Of a stretch of DNA of 9,077 nucleotides, positions 1 through 7,117 are shown in pieces. Position numbers and translations under genes: made by a program. Positions within the stretch are counted from its first letter, which is position 1; each line of letters starts with the position of its first letter. Under the pieces are notes generated by a model. The model worked only from the letters and a program-made list of their open reading frames with translations, did not search any database and had not been told where the DNA came from. The DNA comes from Paraspadella gotoi. Taxonomy: Eukaryota; Animalia; Chaetognatha. The stretch lies in assembly GCA_051294375.1 (NCBI GenBank), contig JBJCIZ010001612.1:1-9077 (forward strand), read 5' to 3'.

Positions 1-180
1 AAGCCTCCCAGAAATATTTCACTTTCACAATTCTTTAGGTTCTCGCAGAGATTCTGGTTCGTTTTTTGGTAAGGAAAATGAATATGACGATAAGAAATAT
101 CGTAATGCGCTATTTATGGACTTTCCGCGCCAATTTCTATGAAATATTACTTCCGGTTTGAGAATATGATAGGTTTTTGT
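1..180 (+). repeat. Left terminal inverted repeat (long, degenerate)
   Basis: Collinear inverted blocks shared with the right end: TCCCAGAAA 6-14/3966-3974; GTTCTCGCA 39-47/3931-3939; ATGGACTTTCCsCGCCAAT 116-134/3842-3860 (18/19); ACTTCCGGTTT 149-159/3820-3830; ATGATArGTTT near 166-176/3795-3805. Confidence 0.85.
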
Positions 181-450
181 TAAATATGGTTATTTATGAA
201 TGGTATTATTGGGTTTTTTGTTATATTTGATTTAAAATACAATAATAAATTCTATAGATAGCAAATAGTAAACAAATTATTATAAATATACTATAAAATA
301 TTATATAAATTGTTAAGTTATAATAAAAATTCTTAATTTTTTCCAAAATTTTTTATTTTCGAGTTGGTGGAAAACTGAAATGAATTTTTATTCCATCTAA
401 AGCTATCTGTGGTACTTTTAAAAACGTCAACCGTTCAAAATTCAAGAATA

Positions 451-456
451 TTTATT
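451..456 (-). terminator. Candidate polyadenylation signal of the transposase mRNA
   Basis: AATAAA on the minus strand about 120 nt past the stop codon. The AT-rich context makes a chance occurrence possible. Confidence 0.35.
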
Positions 457-578
457 TCAATTAACTTTAAACAATTAACCATTATACAACTAAGTGTAGA
501 AGACGAAAATACGAGAAATTAGATTAGAACAAAAAAAAGATCCAACAATAATAGGTAACAAAAATAACTAAATTCGAA

Positions 579-899
579 CTAACTATAGTGACGTGCATCA
601 TATCCTGCGGCTTCCATCAGCTCTTCAACAGAGTCAGAAGCAGAAACGCTTTCAAAGCATTTCCTGGTTGCTCGCGGAAATGCTCGTCGAACTAACTCTA
701 CTGATTGTAAAATATTTTGACGCGTTTCTTGATTTTTTGTCAAGACTTGGGTAAAATCTGAACCGAACTTTACGGCGCGTTCACCAGCATCGTTTGTTAC
801 ATGCAACGCAGAGACAATACTCTTTAATTGACAGTATGTTGGGTCAGATCTCCAAGATTCGACAGGAAGCATTAAAAAGGTTGGGTGAATGCCAACTCT
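579..899 (-). CDS. Transposase terminal exon (catalytic E)
   Basis: Acceptor tttcatttAG at 901-900. Reads RVGIHPTFLMLPVESW...VTNDAGERAVK...HYS*, in frame with ORF 579..872. Confidence 0.88.
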   Translation of the reverse strand, partial: RVGIHPTFLMLPVESWRSDPTYCQLKSIVSALHVTNDAGERAVKFGSDFTQVLTKNQETRQNILQSVELVRRAFPRATRKCFESVSASDSVEELMEAAGYDARHYS

Positions 900-3293
900 C
901 TAAATGAAAAAAATTAACATCAGCAACAGAAATTATGAAATTATAAATTTAACGAGATCACATACCTTAAAAAGTAACCAAGATTCTGAATCAACGAAAT
1001 CTTCTAGATTCTTATCAATATCGATTGACGGAATTGCTGGTTTTCCAGGGGGAACCTCACAAGGCTCATTTGAAGGCAGGAGAAGTGCTTTGGCGATGTG
1101 ACTTTTGACTGTATCATCGACCAGCTGAGAAAAAAGAGCAAAAACTACATGACGCCCAGACAAGTACCATGTGTGGCGTTCAAGAACACGCAGAAGGACA
1201 GCAGAGAGGGAAGGATCTCGCGTTCTCCATTTATGTATGTCATTCCAAAGAGCAAGAGTCAGGAACGGGGCATCTGCAGCAACTGGAATAGCAAACCAGT
1301 ACCTTCCGTAAATGTAGAGAATGAAATAGGCGAGATCAAGTAAACCTTTGGCCTGCTTTTGACCAAGGTGCACTCGTTCTTCTCCACACACAATCATTTT
1401 CAAAATATAAATGGCAGCAGCCATCCAACGAGCGTGATGGATGGTACCTACTTTGTCCGACCATTTTAACTCGGTCTCTTGTCCAGTAAGAAACTAAAGA
1501 TAAAAAAATTGTAGCGAATTCAGGTAAATTTAGGTAAATTCATGTGTCTGTCTTTTACCATTATGAGCCGAGCAAATTCAAGGTAATCCCCCCTTTGGAA
1601 AGGGTTGTCTTCCGCCATGAAGTTAGAGAAAAAAGCTTTGGTTGCATCCAAAAATTCGCGTGTAACGTCATCTTCAGGAGAGAGAAGATTCAAACGGAGA
1701 GAAGCATTGGTGCGGATTTCCTCTTTTTCCACGGTCTCCAACGAATTAAAGTAAGTGGCGAAGCGACTGAAATACTTCTCGCGTGGACCGGAGGTCGGCC
1801 CTAATTTTTCAGTAACAGCAGCCTCCATCAAAAGATCGAGCACGTGATGAAGACACGCGAGCCAGAGGAGCTGCTTGTGCAAATCTTGCTCAATGAAGAC
1901 ATTTGCTCCTACATAAAAAAAAATTAGAGTATTAAATGGTTTTCAACTTCGGTATTTATATATTACAGTATTACCTTGGTTTGATCCAGTATTGGCTCTG
2001 GTCGTGTCAAATGAAAGAGCAATCACGCGGTCAGCAATTCCCCATTCTCTTAGTAATTGTACAACCGTTGTTGCCATGTTCTTGCCAGTTCCTTTGGGAA
2101 TAGGGATATCTCCCAACATTTTTTCTTTTTCCATTCCTTCTCCAGTTACACATAGTGCTAAAAAATCATTTTTAAGACCATAATGTTTTCGTATTTTCCC
2201 GTCAAAATGTGCCTCCAAAAATATAGGAAAAACAAAGTTGTCCTGGAAGGAAAAAAAAATTATTGATAGAAACTTTTTAAAAAAATTGCAAAATTTACCT
2301 TAATAATCTTAGAAGTTTCTTTATCATGTGCGATGCGTTCTAATCGAATTGATTCTTCTGACGGGGGGAATTTGCCCAAGTTTCCACCACCAGACTGAAT
2401 AGTGGAAGCACAAAACCGAAACAAATCCGCATTGGAAGTTTTAGATCGGCGAGCATGAAGATTCAAATCTCTAATCCATTTTTGTCGGTTTAGCGTAATA
2501 GTAATTTCGGTTTTCTTCTTTGGAACCTTTGGGTGGGGGACGGCGTAATCTGGATCTGAGGGATCAAGAGGAGACGAAGATACAATCGGCGATTCCATCA
2601 CTTTGGGGCCATAAAAAACTATATTTCTCCGATGAAGTAGTTGCATTGTTCAACCTGGACATAAAATATAAATAATGATAAAAGTGGCATGAAATTGTGC
2701 TGAATACAGCAAAGAATAGCTACCCTCTTTGCGATTTTCTTCTTTTTTGACACTTCACTTTTTTGTTGTTCCCTCTCAGAAGATCTTTCAAATCTTTTGA
2801 TGCGTTTAATATCGAGAGGACCCAAGGAATGAGGTCGGATTATCACGAATCGCGAGCAAAAACTGTTTATACTTCCTCCTTCTCTTGGAGCGAAAGTGTT
2901 TTGTCAGAATCTATGATGCGAAAGCTTTTTCGGCGCTGATGTCAAATCGGCGTTTTCAAGTCATCTAAGAATTGTTGCTTCCTGGCTACATAGGTTGATG
3001 ACACATTTTTTCCATCGCGTAAGTCACAGAAACGTTGATATAATCGTTTTACTTTTTTTTTTACGTAGTCTTTGTCATGAGTGGGAGATACGATGGCGCC
3101 CAATGTAGAAGAAGGGAGTAGCAGCGTTTATGTAGGCGAGTTCAGCGTCCATCTTTTTCATTGACCAAAGTGAAAAAAAAAGTGTCGGAGCACATCTTTC
3201 GTCGTTGGAAAAGGACCTGGCTTTAAAGTTTCAAAGAGCTTCTTGAAGCTCAAACTCATCACAAATATGCTTCTTTGGTTTTCTGGTCTCCAT
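579..3293 (-). CDS. Spliced DDE transposase (hAT/hATm-like); 5' portion frameshifted in this sequence
   Basis: Minus-strand exons: about 3293-2724, 2654-2299, 2242-1975, 1908-1559, 1493-966, 899-579. GT-AG introns are 69, 56, 66, 65 and 66 nt, and the last four junctions keep frame exactly. Candidate catalytic residues: D in HFDGK (2201-2203), D in FDTT (2006-2008), CxxH as CLHH (1844-1855), RW in HHARW, E in NDAGERAVK (780-782). Stop TAG at 579-581. Start is ATG 3293 or ATG 3259. Confidence 0.85.
966..1493 (-). CDS. Transposase exon (HHARW and RHTWYL motifs)
   Basis: Acceptor tctttAG at 1495-1494, donor AAG/GTATG at 965. Reads FLTGQETELKWSDKVGTIHHARWMAAAIY...SWLLFK. Confidence 0.88.
1559..1908 (-). 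CDS. Transposase exon (CxxH motif)
   Basis: Acceptor ttttatgtAG at 1910-1909, donor ATG/GTAAAA at 1558. Reads (G)ANVFIEQDLHKQLLWLACLHHVLDL...RGDYLEFARLIM. Confidence 0.88.
1975..2242 (-). CDS. Transposase exon (two catalytic aspartates)
   Basis: Acceptor ttccttccAG at 2244-2243, donor AAG/GTAAT at 1974 (phase 1). Reads DNFVFPIFLEAHFDGK...LSFDTTRANTGSNQG. Confidence 0.88.
2299..2654 (-). CDS. Transposase exon (low-complexity linker with basic, NLS-like KVPKKK)
   Basis: Acceptor tttatgtccAG at 2656-2655, donor AAG/GTAAAT at 2298. Open from 2646 to 2299. A frameshift near the 5' end is needed to join it to the upstream exon. Confidence 0.75.
2724..3293 (-). pseudogene. Frameshifted first coding exon of the transposase (N-terminal domain)
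   Basis: Protein-like peptides continue across frame switches: LFETLKPGPFPTTKDVLRHFF / SLWSMKKMDAELAYINA / YSLLLHWAPSYLPLMT / DYVKKKVKRLYQRFCDL...QQFLDDLK / FDISAEK / RIIDSDKTLSLQEKEE / KQFLLAIRDNP / SLGPLDIKRIKRFE...IAKR. Donor GT at 2723-2722. Confidence 0.7.
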
Positions 3294-3311
3294 TATTATA
3301 GAAGATGTAAT

Positions 3312-3430
3312 CTGTGATGAATAAAAAATTCGAATTGAAAAAAATCAAATGTTAAAATCGGTAGAGAACAAGGTAAAAACATGGAAAATCATAAATTAAA
3401 AACCTTGTTACAAACGGTTGACGACTGACG
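3312..3430 (-). promoter_or_regulatory. Putative transposase initiator (TCAGT) and 5'UTR intron
   Basis: Arthropod Inr-like TCAGT at 3428-3424 on the minus strand. It is followed by a donor AAG/GT at 3403-3402 and an acceptor tcatcacAG at 3313-3312 (92-nt intron), just upstream of ATG 3293. Confidence 0.45.
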
Positions 3431-3501
3431 CGCAAGATGAATTTCGAATGAATGACCTGTCAACCAGTGATTTTCCTCGATGGGGTTCATACGAATTTGG
3501 C

Positions 3502-3665
3502 AGGAAAAAAGGTTGGTTTTTTCACCGTATCTCTTGACGGTGATTAGTTATTCCTAGGAAAAAAATTCTTCTCCGTATCTCTCGATGGTGATTGTTCGAT
3601 GGCTTACCACAAATTTGAGGGAAAAAGGTTATTTTTTCTCCATATCTTACGACGGTGATTGGTCG
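3502..3665. repeat. Three degenerate subterminal direct repeats with a dyad core
   Basis: Units start near 3502, 3556 and 3618: AGGrAAAAA..TT(n)CwCCrTATCTy..GAyGGTGATT. The first copy has the perfect dyad TCACCGT-N8-ACGGTGA (3522-3543). Confidence 0.75.
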
Positions 3666-3789
3666 AGGCCCGCGAATACAGGAACTAAGGTAAGGTATAC
3701 TCGCTATCTCAATCTGATATGCGGAAAGGAACCGGATTGGCTAATATTAAAAACTATCTAAAAATTAATTCTAAACTATCTTTAAAGAT

Positions 3790-3980
3790 TGCACAAACTT
3801 ATCATTAATATACCTTTTTAAACCGGAAGTGAGCGCCATATATTGGCGGGGAAAGTCCATCTAGAGTAACTTTAGAAAATTTTTCTATATTATAGTCGTT
3901 TTCACAACAAAAATAGTACCAGACAGACTTTGCGAGAACTGTAGGAATTCTATAGGTGGATTATTTTTCTGGGAAGTCTA
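3790..3980 (-). repeat. Right terminal inverted repeat (long, degenerate)
   Basis: Reverse complement matches 1-180 in five collinear blocks. It ends ...CTGGGAAGTCTA, i.e. 5'-TAG on the minus strand, a hAT-type terminus. Confidence 0.85.
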
Positions 3981-4000
3981 AGAGACAGTAATAATTTATA

Positions 4001-4254
4001 TGAAACTTGGTACAACCAATATAAAATTATTCCATTCATTTAATAAATAAGCTATGTTAGTGACAGAACCGTTCATATAAGCAGTCCGTAGCTTCGGATC
4101 AGGCTGTAACACCGTGTTACAGGCGGGTTAAGCACCCCGTCCCTCTTAACTGCAAGGCGACCACCGGCTGAACCCGGACCTTTGGGTTGAGAGGTGAATG
4201 ACTTGCCTCCGGCACCAATGGCCGCTGATGAACGGTTGGTGGATTTTAGCCACA
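4001..4254 (-). mobile_element. Possible solo LTR or other small structured insertion
   Basis: GC-rich island with TG...CA ends (minus strand TGTGGC...TTTCA) and flanks TTATA / TAATA (4/5 match to a 5-bp TSD). On the minus strand a TATA-like TTATAT (about 4080-4075) precedes ATTAAA (about 4044-4039). Confidence 0.35.
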
Positions 4255-5322
4255 TAATATTATATTTTTCTGGATCTTTTGAACTATGGACTGTGAACAG
4301 TTAAGTGGTGGTCCCCCTTTATAATAATTGATATCTATTTAAACTATGTATGAGAGATATAAATTTTAAGAGAAAAAATTGTGCAAATTCTTCAACCGCC
4401 ATCAAAGATCAAAACATTTTGCTTCACAGTTAAACTTTAATGTAAGTGAAAATGTAATAGTATTTTTTTTTTGCTACTGCTTTACATTTGAAAACCGAAA
4501 AATGCATACATGCTGATTTACGTTAGTCATGGAAAAATTAAGCGTTTATCCCCGACACCCCCCTCACCCCTATCCAACCCAAAACGTCCTTTTCAAGCAA
4601 CAGCAATTTTCAGAGACGAACTCGCCGCTTACGAGAAAGAACTGGAGAGCGCGAGATGGACGAAGAGGAAAAACAAAGAAAGTTAAATGCCAAGGGGGGG
4701 CGTGCCAAAGCTGCGATAACATAGTTAGTAAATAAATAGGCAGAGGGGAACGTTAGGTTTAGTTATATTTGGGCTAAATCGCAGATTCTCAGTCAACTCT
4801 CAGCCTAACCGCTCTTACCTGATGGTAGTTAATACATATTTCTTTTTACGTATTTTTTATGTCGCAATCCGCTTTGCGTTTGCGCGATCTCGTAACGCTT
4901 TTCGCATAAGTGGCGTAGGCGTCGTCGTTGTTGTCGTCGTGTCGGCATTCCAACTTATTGATCGCCTTTTTATGATTAATTTGGGTATATGAAGCTGAAA
5001 GTTTATATACAGCTTCCCATCATCGATGTCCTTAAAATTGGGTCAGGACAGTTATTAAATATGTTTTGTTTACGTTTATCAAACAAACAAATATCCTCTA
5101 TTTATTTTTATTTCTCTTCTCTCTCTCTTTTATCTTTTAATTTAAATGTAGTTATCTCTCTTTTTTTTCCCCAGTGCTGATTTATCGGGAAAAAACCGGT
5201 CTGCAGCTGCTCTGATGGGGGCTTTTTCTTTTTCTCTCTTTTCTCCTGCTGCCTTTTGATTTTTTCTTTTTTTCTGGCTGCCTCTGCTGCTGCCGCTGCT
5301 GATTCGTCCGAAAACGATTTGG

Positions 5323-5414
5323 CTTTTTTTTTTTCTCTCTCTCTCTCTCTTCTCTTTCTTCTCTTTTTTTCTCTCTCACTCTTTTTTCTCTCTCTCTTTC
5401 TCTCTCTCTTTTTT
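5323..5414 (+). repeat. CT/T microsatellite and polypyrimidine tract
   Basis: 92 nt of C/T with a single purine (A5378), made of (CT)n runs interrupted by T runs. Confidence 0.9.
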
Positions 5415-5563
5415 AATTGATTTTATATATAAAAATAATTTTCCTTTATCAAAATTTGATTTTTTTGAGTGTCAAAGTTTGTCATGGGTCCATATTTTTT
5501 AACAATTGCGACGATCCTTATGCTTTTAGATTTTTTTATTATATATTTCTTTTTCCATCACCG

Positions 5564-5723
5564 TCGAAAATCCTCAGACGGTTAATGAGAATCTTCTAGT
5601 ATTTTACCTGAGTTTAAAAACCGTTATTTTTTCTCCTTTAAATTTTAGGAACTGGTCCGCAACGCTGCGGACGGTAATGTGGCAAGGATGCAGCCCAAGT
5701 CGCCGGCCAAGGGTCTCCAATAA
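5564..5723 (+). pseudogene. Possible decayed ankyrin-repeat (Mind bomb-like) exon fragment
   Basis: After the acceptor ttttAG (5648) the sequence reads ELVRNAADGNVAR, reminiscent of the first MIB1 ankyrin repeat (EELVKAAANGDVAK, from memory). Upstream SKILRRLM resembles SQLLKKLF. The frame closes at TAA 5721-5723. Confidence 0.3.
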
Positions 5724-6647
5724 TGGGGCCAATCCACTTAGAAGGCCAAGTTCCACCGGACCGCCACAGAACGAGGCTAAAGATCTTCAGTTCCAAAAGC
5801 TAAAATCAGATATTAACATTCCACTCTTTTGCGCGCTTTTAATTATAACTTAATACTCATTTGGTAATTTATCGGTTGTCTCAGTACAAGAAGAAGGTAG
5901 CATTTGTATTCGTTTGTTTCTTTATTCGGAGGAATAAATTACAATGGTTTCCTCTTGGAATAGAATTGTCGAAACGAATGTCTTTTCTCTTTTTCATATG
6001 CAACATAAGACTTTTAAGAGTAATACATAGTATAACGTATTTTATTATTTTCTAGTAAGTCAAATCAAACCATCATCCCTCTTCAGTTTAGACAGACCTA
6101 AAACCGAGAAAATACACAGTTACCAGTTTGTTTAGCTTACTTTGGTTTTAGTTAGATTGGTTTAGATAAATTGCTTGAAAACGAAAAACTCTTCAAAACA
6201 AATACATCAAGTACAGAATAACTAGATCTATGAAGAAATAAAATAATTTAAATAATAGAGGGGATAACTTTTAAGGAGATTAAGATTGTGGGCCGGACTG
6301 ATCAAATGATTGATCGGTTGATTTGATTATTTTTTTATAATTTATTATAATTAATGCCATATACTGATCTGTTTTTTAACCGGATCTGCTTATCGTAGAT
6401 ACGGGTAACTTTACTATTCGACGTCCGCAAACAACTTTAACTACACGGTCGGTGCTTTGTTAATTATTTAATTTTGTTTTCCCTCTAGCGTAGAGTCTCA
6501 GTTTGAAGCAATAATATACATTTTTTTTGTTCAGCAATACAAATTTTATAATAAATAATAATTGTTTAAATTTATTTTAATTGCTATTTTTATTATTTGA
6601 GGTAGAAAATGAATTGTTTGTTTACGTACGGGTTTTTAACCAACATA

Positions 6648-6824
6648 AATTTCGGACATGTTTCAGCTTCAATGCAAGGGCAAAAACGGAATTGATTTGT
6701 GAAACAAATATTTCAGTCTCTTCTCTATTCTCTCTCTATCTCTCTTCAAACTTCAAAGACTGTGAAAATATTTGTTCACAAACAATTCGTTTTTGCGCTG
6801 ATGAAGGTTTACATGTCCGAAATT
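6648..6824. mobile_element. MITE-like foldback with a CT microsatellite spacer
   Basis: Arm AATTTCGGACATGT...GCAAAAACGGAATTGATTTGTGAAACAAATATTTCAGTCT (6648-6719) is the reverse complement of about 6757-6824. The spacer is CT-rich, and weaker symmetry extends to about 6614-6858. Confidence 0.7.
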
Positions 6825-6903
6825 GTTTTAATAAAAACTCATTGAAGGTTAACAACAAAAAAAGGAAAAGAAAAAAAGAAATTTTTTTAAACGGTTAGCA
6901 ATT

Positions 6904-6948
6904 GGGTTAAGGTGGGTTAGGGATTAGGGGTGGTTAGGGGTAGTTGGG
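6904..6948 (+). repeat. Telomere-like (TTAGGG/TTAGG) G-rich tract; G-quadruplex motif
   Basis: Six G-tracts of 3 or more at 6904, 6914, 6920, 6927, 6937 and 6946, with loops of 3-7 nt. Confidence 0.7.
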
Positions 6949-7056
6949 ATTTGTACTAAAAGGTTTTCTTCCCCTTACTAGTATCATTTTTTTATTTTTG
7001 CGTAGCGATATTTTATACGTCGGCTTATAATAAGACGAAATAAAAACTGACCGCGA

Positions 7057-7117
7057 AATACAAAATTTTAACTCAGTCCTTCATCCAATCAGAAATAATA
7101 GAATTTTTAATGCTATG
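7057..7117 (+). repeat. About 60-bp repeat, inverted copy of 9003-9062
   Basis: AATACAAAATTTTAACTCAGTCC-TTCATCCAATCAGAAATAATAGAATTTTTAATGCTATG differs from the reverse complement of 9003-9062 only by three 1-nt indels. Confidence 0.85.

Larger units (their letters stand above)
1..3980 (-). mobile_element. Near full-length DNA transposon, hAT superfamily (hATm-like), about 3.98 kb
   Basis: Imperfect inverted repeats at both ends: left AAGCCTCCCAGAAA, right end read inward TAGACTTCCCAGAAA. They enclose a single spliced DDE transposase gene. Base 1 aligns with 3979, so the window seems to start about 1 nt inside the left terminus and the TSD cannot be checked. The subfamily call comes from recalled motif similarity, not a search. 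Confidence 0.85.

Noticed and set aside
904-2183. Plus-strand ORFs 904..1101, 1098..1343, 1544..1804 and 1992..2183 as a second or antisense gene
   Set aside because: They are short shadows of the minus-strand transposase exons, with no motifs or coherent splice structure.
3502-3665. CRISPR-like repeat-spacer array
   Set aside because: Only three degenerate units with irregular, partly similar spacers, no cas genes, and a eukaryotic intron-containing context.
4142-4237. Hammerhead or twister ribozyme
   Set aside because: CTGATGA is present but there is no GAAA after a stem II. The CCTCT-TAA...CCGG..CCGG...AGAGG region lacks the twister L4 loop and its pseudoknot partners.
4073-4255. 60-aa minus-strand ORF as a protein gene
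   Set aside because: An open frame is expected in a GC-rich island, and it has no recognisable motif.
4815-4821. Minus-strand splice donor CAG/GTAAG implying a host gene
   Set aside because: A good consensus site, but I could not link it to a convincing exon or reading frame.
4989-5379. ORFs 4989..5180 and 5182..5379
   Set aside because: They are translations of CT/T microsatellite and low-complexity DNA.
6904-6948. True telomere or telomere fusion site
   Set aside because: Only about 45 bp, degenerate and internal, with no regular (TTAGG)n array.
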